The position numbers were made by a program, and so were the translations under genes. From Myxococcales bacterium (GTDB lineage: Bacteria; Desulfobacterota; Binatia; HRBIN30), in NCBI GenBank assembly GCA_037445065.1, contig JBBILD010000016.1, positions 1 through 64,000 on the forward strand: DNA of 64,000 bases, written 5' to 3'. This document shows positions 42,808 to 53,144 of the stretch, piece by piece. The notes beneath the pieces were generated by a model. The model searched no databases. It was not told where the DNA came from and was given only the letters and a program-made list of their open reading frames with translations. The stretch's first letter is position 1; every line of letters begins with the position of its first letter.

Positions 42808-43713
42808 ATGCAGCAAAAACCAGCCTTGAGCTTGGCCGCGATGCGCGGCAAACGCCGCGCTGCGCTCGAGGTGGCGCAGGAGATCGAGCGGCGCGGTTTT
42901 GCAGGCATTTACTGCCCCAGTTTCGGCGACAACCTCGGGCTCTGCGAAGCCCTGTGCTTCGTGACCCGCGAGATCCCGTTCGGTACCGCGATCGCCAACA
43001 TTTACACGCGCCACCCGTACGAGGCAGCACTCACCGCCACCCTCATTCATGAGCTCAGCGGCGGCCGCTTCCGCTACGGGATCGGAGTCAGCCATGGCCC
43101 GGTGCTGCAGCGCCTCGGTGTGCAAACGGGAAAACCGCTGGCGGACGTGCGCCGCTTCGTGCAGGAGTTGCGAAAAGGCGCAGAGCGGTGGGGCGATTTG
43201 CCGCCCATCGTGCTGGCTTCGTTGCGCCGGCCGATGGTGGAGTTGGCGGCAGAGATCGCCTCGGGTGCGGTGTGGGCCAATGCGTGCCGGTCGCACATGC
43301 CGAAGTCGCTGGGCTTCTTGGGTGAGCGGGCGCGCGAGGAGTCGTTCTTCATCGGTAACATGATCCCCACTTGCATCAGCGACGACCGCGCCGCCGCCGC
43401 CGCAGTGAACCGCAAAACGCTGCTCTCGTACGTGATGCTCCCCAACTACCAGCGCTACTGGATCGAAGCTGGATATGAGGACGAGATGCGCGCTATTCAG
43501 CAGGCCATCGCGCGGCGCGAAATCGAGCGGCTGCCGAGCCTCATGAGCGACCGCTGGCTGGCCGACTGCACCCTCTTTGGCTCCGCACACGAGGTGCGCG
43601 AAGGTGTGGAGGCATGGTTCGCAGCCGGAGTGAAAACCCCGATTCTGGTGCCTTCGTCCACACAAGGCGGGCAATTGGAGGCCATCGCCGAAGTCCTGCG
43701 CGCCTTCGAGTGA
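42808..43713 (+). CDS. Luciferase-like monooxygenase (LLM) class flavin-dependent oxidoreductase
   Basis: GTAIANIYTRHP, ELSGGRF..GIGVSH, PPIVLA motifs. Confidence 0.85.
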   Translation: MQQKPALSLAAMRGKRRAALEVAQEIERRGFAGIYCPSFGDNLGLCEALCFVTREIPFGTAIANIYTRHPYEAALTATLIHELSGGRFRYGIGVSHGPVLQRLGVQTGKPLADVRRFVQELRKGAERWGDLPPIVLASLRRPMVELAAEIASGAVWANACRSHMPKSLGFLGERAREESFFIGNMIPTCISDDRAAAAAVNRKTLLSYVMLPNYQRYWIEAGYEDEMRAIQQAIARREIERLPSLMSDRWLADCTLFGSAHEVREGVEAWFAAGVKTPILVPSSTQGGQLEAIAEVLRAFE

Positions 43714-43721
43714 CCACGCGC

Positions 43722-43900
43722 GCGGTGAGAATGGCGAGCCGCGAACAGCGACCGGCGAGCCGTCGGTGGCCAATGGTGAATGGTGCGTTCCGAGGACAGC
43801 CACCTTGTGCGGCCGGCGCGGGCTAATGGGGCCACCTCTGGTCAGGGGTCCGACCCCGCGCTTCCCATTCGTATGGGCGGCGGTTGTGATTGCCCGCGGT
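43722..43900 (+). repeat. Degenerate composite intergenic element, copy 5
   Basis: Eight-unit 7-mer array 43731-43786; GGGGTCCGACCCC palindrome; degenerate GTATGGGCGGCGGTTGTGATTGCCC REP. Confidence 0.65.
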
Positions 43901-43962
43901 GCCGTTTGTCCGGTCGTGGGCACCGGCCGCTCCGGCGCGCGTGCTGGCGTGCGGAGGAGCGA

Positions 43963-45576
43963 CTAGAGCTGGGCAAAAAAGTCGTTTCCCTTGTCGTCCA
44001 CGACAATGAAGGCGGGGAAGTTTTCGACCTCGATGCGCCAGATCGCTTCCATGCCGAGTTCGGGATACTCGAGCAGTTCCACCTTCTTGATGTTCTCTTG
44101 CGCCAGCACAGCGGCTGGGCCACCGATGCTGCCGAGGTAGAAGCCGCCGTACTTCTTGCAGGCTTCGGTGACCAAGCGCGAGCGGTTTCCCTTTGCCAAG
44201 GTGACGTAACTCCCACCGTGCTCCATGAACAGCGGCAGGTAGGAATCCATGCGTCCCGCAGTCGTGGGGCCAAAAGAGCCGGAAGGATAGCCGGGCGGCG
44301 TTTTTGCTGGGCCAGCGTAGTAAATGGGATGGTCCTTGAAGTACTGCGGCAGCCCCTCCCCGCGTTCGATTCGCTCCTTGAGTTTGGCGTGGGCGATGTC
44401 GCGCGCCACCACCATCGGTCCGCTGAGCGAGAGGCGGGTTTTGATCGGGTAGCGGGAAAGCTCGCGCCGGATCTCGTCCATCGGCCGCCGCAGGTCGATG
44501 GCGACCACCTCGCCGGTCAGTTGGCGCTCGTCTACCTCGGGCAAGTAGCGTGCGGGATCGGTTTCGAGCTGTTCGAGGAAAACCCCATCTGCAGTGATTT
44601 TGGCCTTGGCCTGGCGATCGGCGGAGCACGAAACGCCGATTCCGATCGGGCAACTCGCTCCGTGGCGCGGTAAGCGAATCACGCGCACATCGTGGCAGAA
44701 GTACTTGCCGCCGAACTGGGCGCCGATGTGGGTTTCCTGGGCAATGCGCAGCACCTCCTCCTCGAGTTCCGGATCGCGAATCGCATGGCCGCGTTCGTTG
44801 CCGCGCACGGGCAAACCATCGAGGTAGCGGCAAGTGGCGAGCTTCACCGTCTTGAGGGTCATCTCCGCCGAGAGGCCCCCGACCACAATGGCCAGGTGGT
44901 AAGGAGGGCAGGCTGCTGTGCCGAGGGTGCGGATTTTCTCGCGCACGAACTCGAGGAAGGCTTTGCGGTTCAGCACGGCCTTGGTTTCTTGGTAGAGAAA
45001 CGTCTTGTTGGCCGAGCCGCCTCCCTTGGCGATGAAGAGAAACTCGTAACGGTCGCCGGCGACGCTGGCGATTTCGATTTGCGCGGGCAGGTTGGTCTTG
45101 GTGTTGACCTCCTCGAACATGCTGAGCGGGGCGAGCTGGGAGTAGCGGAGGTAGTCGTGCGTGTAGGTGTCGAAGACGCCGCGGGCGAGCGCCAGCTCGT
45201 CCTCGCCGTGCAGGGTCCACACCCGCTGCCCCTTTTTCGCGAAGACAATGGCCGTGCCCGTGTCTTGGCAGGAAGGTAAGACCATGCCGGCAGAAACGCA
45301 CGCGTTGCGGAGTAGGTTCCAAGCCACAAAGCGGTCGTTCGCGGACGCCTCGGGGTCGTCCAGGATCTTGCGCAACTGCGCGAGATGGCTGGGGCGAAAG
45401 AGATGCGCAATGTCGCGCATGGCGGTGGCAGCGAGCTGGCGTAAGCCCTCAGCTTCCACCAGCAGCACGCGCTCACCGCGGAAGTGGTCGAGCGCCACGA
45501 AGTCGCCCTCGAGTTTGCGGTACGGCGTGTCGTCCGGTGCAAGCGGAAACAGCTCTTGGAACGGAAACTCTTGCAT
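43963..45576 (-). CDS. fumA: Fumarate hydratase class I (Fe-S dependent)
   Basis: [50 protein letters not shown] motifs. Confidence 0.93.
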   Translation of the reverse strand: MQEFPFQELFPLAPDDTPYRKLEGDFVALDHFRGERVLLVEAEGLRQLAATAMRDIAHLFRPSHLAQLRKILDDPEASANDRFVAWNLLRNACVSAGMVLPSCQDTGTAIVFAKKGQRVWTLHGEDELALARGVFDTYTHDYLRYSQLAPLSMFEEVNTKTNLPAQIEIASVAGDRYEFLFIAKGGGSANKTFLYQETKAVLNRKAFLEFVREKIRTLGTAACPPYHLAIVVGGLSAEMTLKTVKLATCRYLDGLPVRGNERGHAIRDPELEEEVLRIAQETHIGAQFGGKYFCHDVRVIRLPRHGASCPIGIGVSCSADRQAKAKITADGVFLEQLETDPARYLPEVDERQLTGEVVAIDLRRPMDEIRRELSRYPIKTRLSLSGPMVVARDIAHAKLKERIERGEGLPQYFKDHPIYYAGPAKTPPGYPSGSFGPTTAGRMDSYLPLFMEHGGSYVTLAKGNRSRLVTEACKKYGGFYLGSIGGPAAVLAQENIKKVELLEYPELGMEAIWRIEVENFPAFIVVDDKGNDFFAQL

Positions 45577-45665
45577 GCCCCTTCCTTATCAAGGCAGCGC
45601 CGGGCGTGCATGCCGCTTCGCGCTGGTGCTTGACCGGGCGCCCCCCGGATTTCAACCTGAGGCGC

Positions 45666-46907
45666 ATGGCCCAAGGTAAGGCAAAGATGGCTGTAGTCCT
45701 TTCCGGAGGCGGGGCACGAGGTGCCTACGAAGCTGGGGTACTCTCCTACCTGTACCAGGAGCTGCCGCAGCACTTGGGGCGCGCACCGCACTTCGACATT
45801 GTCACGGGGACGAGCGTAGGCGCCCTGCACGCCACGTTTCTGGCGGCGCACCAGGACGACCCGGGTGCGCTGCAACGCTTGCGCGAGGTGTGGTTTTCGC
45901 TCTCGGTGGAGAGGATTTTCGGACCGCGCGGGGTGACCGACGTTTTTCGCCTGCCGCTGCGGCTTTTGGGCCTCGGTTCTCCCCCGCCGCCGCTTCCCGC
46001 CAAGGCTTCGGGTGTCAGCGAGCGGCTGCCGGGGCTGTTCGACACTAGCTGGCTCGAGGAACTCGTCGTGCAAAACATCGACTGGCAGCGCTTGCGCGCC
46101 CGCCTGGATAGCGGCGAAGTAGACGCGCTGGCGTTGGCAGCCACGGAAATCGCCACTGGCCGCTCGGTCGTGTTCGTGGATCGGGGCATGCGCCAGCCCC
46201 CGGCGTGGGCACGCGACCCCTTTGTGATTGCCCGCCCGACAAAGATCACTCCCGCCCATACGCTGGCCTCGGCAGCGATCCCGCTCGTTTTTCCGGCCCT
46301 GCGCATCGAGCGCGCGTATTACTGCGATGGCGGCTTGCGCCTGAACACCCCTCTCGCTCCCGCCTTGCGCTTGGGTGCCGACCGTGTATTGGTGGTGAGC
46401 CTGCGCTACGCGCGCCCGCCCGAGGAGGAAGACCGCATCGCGCGCCGCCGGGAAGCCTCGTACCAGTCGCTAGCGTACCTGGCTGGAAAGGCCCTAAACG
46501 CGCTCCTGCTCGACCGGGTCGAGGACGACGTCGAGCGAATGCGCACCTTGAACACGCTCTTGCGCACCGTGGTGGATTGTTGCGGCGAGGAGTTTTTAAA
46601 GCGCATCAACGAGGCAATTGCGCGCGAGCGAGGCGCGGCTTACCGGGTGGTGGAGCCCTTGTTGCTGCGCCCCTCGCGCGATCTGGGCGAGCTTGCCGGT
46701 GAGTGCTTGCAGCACCGCAGGCCGGGGCGCGGCTTGCGCGATTGGCTGGGGCAAAACGTGGTTCGTTGGACAGCGCGCGGCACCGTCAGCGAGGCGGACT
46801 TGCTCTCGTACCTGTACTTCGATCGCTGCTACGCCTCGCACTTGTTCGAACTCGGCCGCAAAGACGCAGAGCGAATGCAGCCCGAACTCGCGCGCTTTTT
46901 CTCCTAA
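45666..46907 (+). CDS. Patatin-like phospholipase
   Basis: GGGARG, GTSVG, ASAAIP, DGG motifs. Confidence 0.9.
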   Translation: MAQGKAKMAVVLSGGGARGAYEAGVLSYLYQELPQHLGRAPHFDIVTGTSVGALHATFLAAHQDDPGALQRLREVWFSLSVERIFGPRGVTDVFRLPLRLLGLGSPPPPLPAKASGVSERLPGLFDTSWLEELVVQNIDWQRLRARLDSGEVDALALAATEIATGRSVVFVDRGMRQPPAWARDPFVIARPTKITPAHTLASAAIPLVFPALRIERAYYCDGGLRLNTPLAPALRLGADRVLVVSLRYARPPEEEDRIARRREASYQSLAYLAGKALNALLLDRVEDDVERMRTLNTLLRTVVDCCGEEFLKRINEAIARERGAAYRVVEPLLLRPSRDLGELAGECLQHRRPGRGLRDWLGQNVVRWTARGTVSEADLLSYLYFDRCYASHLFELGRKDAERMQPELARFFS

Positions 46908-48250
46908 TCGGGCAAGCCCAAGGCCGCGCTCATCACGCGGTACAACTCGGTTTGCGCATGCGTGCCGGCAAGCCGTTGCGCAAACGGACCGCTGGCGAGA
47001 ATCGGTACCTGGCTTCCCGTGTGGGTCTGCGCGCCGCCTACGATTTGTGTGGGGTAGGACACGGTCAGGAGCGCTCCCTCGCGGGTCACCAGTGTACTGA
47101 GTAACCCGGGCGGGCGCGCGCGCTCGCCAGGAAAGGGAACGATTTGCGTTGCGTGGGCGTGATCCGCGGTGAGGATCACCAGGGTTCCCGGGTTGGCGGC
47201 GGCGTAGCGCAGAACCACAGCCACCGTGTCGTCCAGCTCGAGCGTTTCTCCGATTTGCTCGCACGGCTCGGCAGCATGTGCGCTTTTATCAATGTTCGCC
47301 CCTTCCACTTGCAAGAAAAACGGTGTGCCGCGCTCGGCCGCCCACCGGTGCAACAACGCGAGCGCGACCTCGGTCATCTGCGGCAGCGAGGGCTGCTCGG
47401 CCGGGCGCTGGCCGGGTACACAGCGCTGCGGGCCGCTGCCCGGGAAGGGGCGGGCCGGCTCTCCGTCCCACTGGGGAGAGAAGTCGCTCTCCGCAAAAAG
47501 GCCGATGACGTGGCGAGCGTTCCGGTCGAGGCTGCCGAGTTCGGCAGCCTCGCGCAGGAGGGTGTCGCCGTGCTCCTGCACGACTTCGAGCAACGTCTGG
47601 CGGCGCCAGGGGCCGGCCTCGATGCGCTGCTCGAACTTTTTCCGGCCGCCGCCCATGAGCACGTCGAGGCGGCGCTCGACTGCCTGTTCGGCAATCGAGC
47701 CTGGCCCGCCGTTTTCCCGCCGCGCACGCGGGCAGAAGCGGAGGTCGGCTGGTCCCTGGCAAAGGCGGAGTTCCACATGGGCAAACAGCGCCGCAGGTGT
47801 CGCATCGGTTACGTCGGAGGTGGTGACCACCCCAACCGGCATGCCGGCTTCCTGGGCCCGTTCCAGCACGGTGGGAAGCGGCTCACTGCTTCCGGCTGTG
47901 GTGGACAAGCGGCCGTTACTGGTCCGCTTTCCAGTCGCCCAAGCCGTGGCGCTGGCCGCCGAATCCACCACGTAATCGGGCAGGTGGGGAAAGGCTTCTT
48001 GCACACTGGCGGTGAGCGACCAGCCGCGCACGGGCAAGGAGTCGAGATGCAAGCGGCCACTGGCACCGTAAGCGAAATTGCGGGCCGCCGTGATCTCTTG
48101 GTCGCCCATTCCGTCACCCACGAGCAAGATCACGGCATGGGCGCGCTCTTCTTGCGCACTGGGGCCGGCGGGTCGCGGCGCACACGCGCTCAGCAGGAGC
48201 GGGACGAGCACGGCCACGGTGCCGGAGGCGCGAATGCGGCGGTTGCTCAT
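46904..48250 (-). CDS. phoA: Alkaline phosphatase (PhoA family), lipoprotein
   Basis: Lipobox LSAC; GDGM, DSAASAT, DATPA, EGANIDKSAH, TADH, HTG metal and catalytic motifs. Confidence 0.88.
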   Translation of the reverse strand: MSNRRIRASGTVAVLVPLLLSACAPRPAGPSAQEERAHAVILLVGDGMGDQEITAARNFAYGASGRLHLDSLPVRGWSLTASVQEAFPHLPDYVVDSAASATAWATGKRTSNGRLSTTAGSSEPLPTVLERAQEAGMPVGVVTTSDVTDATPAALFAHVELRLCQGPADLRFCPRARRENGGPGSIAEQAVERRLDVLMGGGRKKFEQRIEAGPWRRQTLLEVVQEHGDTLLREAAELGSLDRNARHVIGLFAESDFSPQWDGEPARPFPGSGPQRCVPGQRPAEQPSLPQMTEVALALLHRWAAERGTPFFLQVEGANIDKSAHAAEPCEQIGETLELDDTVAVVLRYAAANPGTLVILTADHAHATQIVPFPGERARPPGLLSTLVTREGALLTVSYPTQIVGGAQTHTGSQVPILASGPFAQRLAGTHAQTELYRVMSAALGLPD

Positions 48251-48630
48251 AGCGGCGGCATCTCTTCGGTGTGGCGATCCCAGGCGATGTCGCGCACGAC
48301 CCCGGTGAAGTCGAAAATCACCAGTACGCGGTCGCGGTTTTCGAAGCGCCGGGTGTAGGTGAACCAAGTGGTTCCGGTGATCGGATCGCGCAATTGGAAG
48401 GACGCGTAATTCCAGCGCTGGTAGGTGTAGACGAAGGCGTCGCCGTTGGTCTGGTGGAAGATCTGCGTGGGTGGGCCGAGTTCGCGCAGCACGTCGGAAC
48501 GCGTCGAGGTGCCGGGCACGATGCGCTCGACCTCGCCCTTGAGCGGCGTGCCCGTGTACGAGCGGGCAATCGTGCAGCCGCAAAGCCCCAGCCATGCGGC
48601 GGCAAGCAGACAGCGAAGCGGCGCCCGCAT
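48247..48630 (-). CDS. SmpA/OmlA (BamE-like) small lipoprotein
   Basis: Lipobox LCGC; I.PG.STR.DVL..LGPP motif; VIFD..GVV tail. Confidence 0.65.
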   Translation of the reverse strand: MRAPLRCLLAAAWLGLCGCTIARSYTGTPLKGEVERIVPGTSTRSDVLRELGPPTQIFHQTNGDAFVYTYQRWNYASFQLRDPITGTTWFTYTRRFENRDRVLVIFDFTGVVRDIAWDRHTEEMPPL

Positions 48631-48634
48631 ACGC

Positions 48635-49132
48635 TCAGGGCCGCCCCCGGCGGCTGAGAAACCCGAAGCGCGGCAGCTCTGCAGTGCCTTTGCGGTAGGC
48701 GAAGTCTTCCACCCGCCCGTCGCCATCGAAGAAGATGACCAGCATGTCGCTCTTTTGGTCGAATTCTGCGTAGTTGAAGAGCAGCAGGACGAGCGCCATG
48801 GCGTTGGCGCGCGAGTACGTGTAGCGGAACCAACGGGCGGTCACGATTCGCTCCTCCGGCGGTTTGTCGCCGCGCCGGCTGAGAAGCGCGTCGAAGGGGA
48901 TCCCGATAGCCGTCAGTTCCCGCGCTTCGATTTCTTGCGGGGGGCCGAACAGTTCCAGCACTTGTGCCTTCGTGGTCACTCCCCGCTCGAGGCGGGCGAT
49001 CTTGGCTTCGTCGAGCGGGTGGTCGCGGTAGACCCGCCCCATCACGCAGCCAGTACAAATTAGGGGAGCGATCAAGGTTCGAACCAGAGCTGCCCACTTA
49101 CCTCTCGTCAAAAGCCGGGCATGGCGTTGCAT
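48635..49132 (-). CDS. SmpA/OmlA (BamE-like) small lipoprotein
   Basis: Lipobox-like CTGC; L..GVTTKAQVLELFGPP motif; LVIFFDGDGRV tail. Confidence 0.65.
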   Translation of the reverse strand: MQRHARLLTRGKWAALVRTLIAPLICTGCVMGRVYRDHPLDEAKIARLERGVTTKAQVLELFGPPQEIEARELTAIGIPFDALLSRRGDKPPEERIVTARWFRYTYSRANAMALVLLLFNYAEFDQKSDMLVIFFDGDGRVEDFAYRKGTAELPRFGFLSRRGRP

Positions 49133-49160
49133 CTCTTCCTTCCCTTCTCCCACGGGGTGT

Positions 49161-49874
49161 TCACAGCCGATAGCCGCGCGGGCCACTGGCCACGAGGATG
49201 GCGTCTTCGTAACGCAGTGCCTGCTGGTCGTCGATTTCGATCCGCTGCAAGGTGACTTGGAACTGCTCGAGCGGGCAGAAGAGGAGCACGGCCAGGTGCG
49301 CCTGGTTGGCGCCCAGGGCCACGGCTGGCTCGAAGCGCTCCGGGGGCTGGCGAACCGTCCACTCGGGCGTGCTGGTGAGCGCTTGGAAGCGTGCCTCCGA
49401 GGCGACCAACTGGGAGTGGGCCCAGCGCATGCTTCCCCACAGTTCTTGCAGGACCAGCCAGTAGTCGAACACGCCGGCGGCGGTGCGCGGAAACGACCAG
49501 TGCCGGTACAGCAGGGCCACGTCTTGCGTGGGCGCAGCCCGCTCGCGCGCGTCGCGCGAGTCCGGCGCCGGGACCCATTCGAGCCAAGCGTGAGGGCGCA
49601 GGTCTGCGAAACTCTTTTCGGCCACATACGGGCGCACGCGCAGGTCGCGCCCTTGCTGGCCAAAGAAGCGGTAGCGCACCACCTTGCCCTCGCGTAGGCG
49701 GACCTCCGGGAAGCGCGCGAGCACCTCGCCCGCGTGTTCCTCGAACCACCGTTCCCAGTACGAAAGGCGAACTCCGTCCGGCGGGCCCCCCAAGCGGGCT
49801 TGGGTCGCCGCACGTGCCGCCTGCAAGCGCTCCATCCGCTCTGCGACGTGCGTTTCCGGGAGAAACTCGACCAT
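49161..49874 (-). CDS. Hypothetical protein
   Basis: 237-aa ORF with globular composition, co-oriented with the downstream lipoprotein genes; no family recognised. Confidence 0.65.
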   Translation of the reverse strand: MVEFLPETHVAERMERLQAARAATQARLGGPPDGVRLSYWERWFEEHAGEVLARFPEVRLREGKVVRYRFFGQQGRDLRVRPYVAEKSFADLRPHAWLEWVPAPDSRDARERAAPTQDVALLYRHWSFPRTAAGVFDYWLVLQELWGSMRWAHSQLVASEARFQALTSTPEWTVRQPPERFEPAVALGANQAHLAVLLFCPLEQFQVTLQRIEIDDQQALRYEDAILVASGPRGYRL

Positions 49875-49990
49875 GCCGTCTAGCTTGCCAAAGCGAGAGC
49901 CCGAGGCAATGCGGCTCGGCGCGGCCCAGGCAGCCGGGCAACGAGAGGGAGGAGGCGGTCCTTCGGTCCAGAAAATTTGTTGCCGCGGGG

Positions 49991-50019
49991 TTGACCCAGT
50001 CTCGCAACCCTTGTATCAC
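49991..50019 (+). promoter_or_regulatory. Putative sigma70 promoter for the riboswitch-M23 transcript
   Basis: TTGACC (49991-49996), 17-bp spacer, TATCAC (50014-50019), just upstream of the riboswitch. Confidence 0.55.
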
Positions 50020-50027
50020 GCCAGTCG

Positions 50028-50168
50028 CGACATGGCCGAATCTCTGGAGACAGGGAGCGGGGGAACCAAGGAATTGGGGTGAATCTCGAGCGCGGCGCGG
50101 CGGCGCTCGGACGGGAAACTCTTTGATCCCGAACCCGGCAGCTAACCTCGTAGGCCTTCAAGGAGAGG
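50028..50168 (+). ncRNA. c-di-AMP riboswitch (ydaO/yuaA)
   Basis: GCCGAATC...GGAGCGGGGGAACCA...TTGGGGTGAATC...CCCGAACCCGGCAGCTAACCTCGTAGGC matches the ydaO conserved blocks in order; lies in the leader of a cell-wall peptidase gene. Confidence 0.9.
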
Positions 50169-50262
50169 CACCGAAAGCGGTGTAAAAACCGCGGTCGGCG
50201 CAAGCCGGTTGTGCGGTGGGATGCGGCCTCTCCCAGGATGTCGCGGAAAGGAGAGGACGACG

Positions 50263-51522
50263 ATGCACCACGCACAGCGGCTGTGGCTGATTGCGATCGC
50301 CATCGTGGTTTGCGTCGCCCCGGTAGAGGCCGCCAAGCGCGCCCGCGGCAAAGCCGCAACTCGGCAAAAGGCAGCGGTGGTCGAGCAAAAGCGCGTGGTT
50401 CAGCCTGGGGAAACCCTCACCCGCATCCTGGCCGACTACGGGCAAGGCGGCGCCGAAGCGCTGCGCTGGGACGAGGCGATGCGCCGGGCGGCGGGCGAGT
50501 TTGCCTTGAGCCCGGGGCACCTTTTGCGCCTTGCGTTTCGCGGCGGGCGCCTCGAGCGCGTGAGCTACGAGGTGGATGACTGCGTGCGCGTGGTGGTGAA
50601 CCGGCGCGGCAATGCGCTGCAAGGGAAAACCGAGCCCCTGCAAGCCCGGGTGCGGCTGGTGGCAGCAGAAGGACTGGTGACCAAGAACTTCTTCCAGGCG
50701 GCACGCCAGGCAGGGATTCCCGACAAAGTCGTGTCGCAAATGGCAGACGTGCTGGGTGGCGAGTTCGATTTGCGCCGGGTGCGGCCGGGGGACCGCTTCC
50801 GCGTGCTGTACGAGCACCGCACCACGGTGGAAGGCCGTACTTTGCCGCCTGGCAAGCTCCTAGCGGCAGAGGTGCGCAGCGGCACGCGGGTGGCGCAAGC
50901 CTTTTTTTACAACGACGGCGGCCAGGGAGTATATGTGGATGGGCAGGGCCGCACACTTACGCAAGGGTTTTTGCGCTACCCGGTGGAGTTCGCCCGCATT
51001 TCCTCCCACTTCTCGAAGCGGCGGTTTCATCCGCTACTCCAGGTGGCGCGCCCGCACTATGGGGTGGACTTTGCCGCGCCAGCCGGTACCCCGGTACGGG
51101 CTGCCGGTGACGGCGTGGTGACGTTCGCGGGGTGGGACGGCGAATATGGCAACCGCATCGAACTGCGCCACGAGAACGGCTGGACCACCGAGTACGCACA
51201 CCTGCAGAGGATCGCGCCCACAGTGCGGGTGGGAGCGCGGGTCAGGCAAACGCAAGTCATCGGGTGGGTGGGGCAGACGGGCCTGGCAACCGGGCCGCAT
51301 CTGCACTTTGGCTTGTTCCGCAACGGCCAGTACCAGGACCCCCTGACGGCCAAAGTCGAACTGCGGCGCGAGGTGCAGGACCCGAAGCGCTTCGCACTCG
51401 CCAAGCAGGCTTTGCTGCGGCAAATCTCCGCCTTGGTGCGCCCAGCCGCTCCGCTCGAGCCGGTTTTGGTGGCTGCCTTGCCGCAGCCGCAGCGCCCGGC
51501 CCCGGTGACCATCACTCGCTGA
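50263..51522 (+). CDS. M23 family peptidoglycan DD-endopeptidase (MepM/Csd3-like)
   Basis: Signal peptide; HYGVD (HxxxD), YAHL, ATGPHLH (HxH) motifs. Confidence 0.92.
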   Translation: MHHAQRLWLIAIAIVVCVAPVEAAKRARGKAATRQKAAVVEQKRVVQPGETLTRILADYGQGGAEALRWDEAMRRAAGEFALSPGHLLRLAFRGGRLERVSYEVDDCVRVVVNRRGNALQGKTEPLQARVRLVAAEGLVTKNFFQAARQAGIPDKVVSQMADVLGGEFDLRRVRPGDRFRVLYEHRTTVEGRTLPPGKLLAAEVRSGTRVAQAFFYNDGGQGVYVDGQGRTLTQGFLRYPVEFARISSHFSKRRFHPLLQVARPHYGVDFAAPAGTPVRAAGDGVVTFAGWDGEYGNRIELRHENGWTTEYAHLQRIAPTVRVGARVRQTQVIGWVGQTGLATGPHLHFGLFRNGQYQDPLTAKVELRREVQDPKRFALAKQALLRQISALVRPAAPLEPVLVAALPQPQRPAPVTITR

Positions 51523-51643
51523 GGGGAAGCTGCCCGCCGCGTTCGTGCGCGAGGTTCGGTAGCCGCGGCGGCACCGGCTTTGCGCTGCTTGGACGGCGAA
51601 CGCGCAGCAGCGCCTCAGCCTGCGGCGGAGTGTGCCCAACGGA

Positions 51644-53089
51644 TCAAAGGATGTCGCGGGGAGCGTACGCGCGAGCCTGCGGGAAGCGCGCGAGCCACGC
51701 TTCAGCGGCAGCGACGAAGCGGTCGGTCTGCGCATGCGCTTCACCGAGCAACCCGTGCGCGTGCGCGAGCACGCGCTGGACCGTGGCCGAGTCGAGCCCG
51801 AGTTCGGGTGTGGCCGCTAGGCGAGCGGTGAAGTGCGCCGCAGCATCCTCGCCCCGCTGCAAGGCTTCGGCCGCTGCTTGCGCGGCGCGCTGCAGCGCCT
51901 TGTGGGCTTGTTCGCGGCCTGCACCACGCTTGACGGCTTCCATGAGCAGCGTGGTGGTGGCGAGAAACGGGGCGTAGCGGCGCCATTCGGACTCGATCAT
52001 GCCCGGGAAAACCGTGAAGTGAGCCACCACCCAGTGAAAGGTTTCCAAAATCCCATCACTGGCCAGCATCATCCCCGGCAAGGCCACGCGCCGAGTCGCG
52101 GAGCACGACACGTCCCCTTCGTTCCACTGGTCGCCGGCGAGAGCCGCAAGCATGTTCCAGTGCCCGCGCAAGACCGCGAACAGCGCGTTGATCCGCTCGC
52201 AACTCCGTGCGTTTTTCTTGTGTGGCATCGCGGAAGAACCGACTTGCCCTTCCGAGAAGCCTTCGCTTGCCAGTTCAAGACCGGCCATCAGGCGCAGCGT
52301 GCGCGCGAAGTTGCTCGGGGCACTGGCGAGTTGCACGAGCACGCTGGCGGCAGCGAGGTCGAGGCTGCGCGGGTAAACCTGGCCAGGCGCGTCGAGGCGG
52401 CGGGAAAAGCCGAGGAAGCGCGCCACTTCGGCTTCGAGGGCGTGGACCTTGTCGTGGTCGCCCGCGAACAGAGTGAGCAGATCGAGCTGCGTGCCCACCG
52501 GTCCTTTGAGGCCGCGCAGCGGGTAGTGCTCGATGAACCAACAGAGGTGCTCGAGGGCCAGACAGAGTTCTTCGCCGAACATCGCCAGACGGCGCCCGAG
52601 GGTGGTGGGCTGCGCCGCTACGTTGTGGGTGCGCGCCGGGAGCACAAGATCGCGCAGCTCGCGGGCGCGCTCAGCCAAGCGGGCGAGGCAGGCTACCGCC
52701 TTGTCGCGCAGCAGCAAAAGAGAGCGCAGGATCTGCAACTGCTCCACGTTCTCCGTGAGATCGCGACTGGTCATCCCTTTGTGGATGTGCTCGTAGCCAG
52801 CCAGCGCGCAAAACTCCTCGATACGCGCCTTGACGTCGTGCTTGGTGACATGTTCTCGCGTACGGATGCGGGCGAGGTCTACGTTGTTTTTCACCCGTTC
52901 GTAAGCGGCAATGGCTTCGTCCGGGATGTCGAGCCCGAGCTGGCGCTGGGCTTTAAGCACCGCGATCCAAAGCTCACGCTCGAGCCGCACCTTGCCGGCC
53001 GCAGACCAAATTTCCGCCATCTCCGGGCTCGCGTAACGCTCGGCAAGGACGTCGAGAACGATTCCCTGATTCGGCTGCCCTTCTTCCAT
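51644..53089 (-). CDS. purB: Adenylosuccinate lyase
   Basis: LAERYAS, HDVKA, HKGMTSRD, RTHN, GSSAMPHKKN signature. Confidence 0.94.
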   Translation of the reverse strand: MEEGQPNQGIVLDVLAERYASPEMAEIWSAAGKVRLERELWIAVLKAQRQLGLDIPDEAIAAYERVKNNVDLARIRTREHVTKHDVKARIEEFCALAGYEHIHKGMTSRDLTENVEQLQILRSLLLLRDKAVACLARLAERARELRDLVLPARTHNVAAQPTTLGRRLAMFGEELCLALEHLCWFIEHYPLRGLKGPVGTQLDLLTLFAGDHDKVHALEAEVARFLGFSRRLDAPGQVYPRSLDLAAASVLVQLASAPSNFARTLRLMAGLELASEGFSEGQVGSSAMPHKKNARSCERINALFAVLRGHWNMLAALAGDQWNEGDVSCSATRRVALPGMMLASDGILETFHWVVAHFTVFPGMIESEWRRYAPFLATTTLLMEAVKRGAGREQAHKALQRAAQAAAEALQRGEDAAAHFTARLAATPELGLDSATVQRVLAHAHGLLGEAHAQTDRFVAAAEAWLARFPQARAYAPRDIL

Positions 53090-53144
53090 TACGGGGCGCT
53101 TCTAGCCCGCCCCAACTGCGGATTCCAACGCAACGCCCCCCGGC

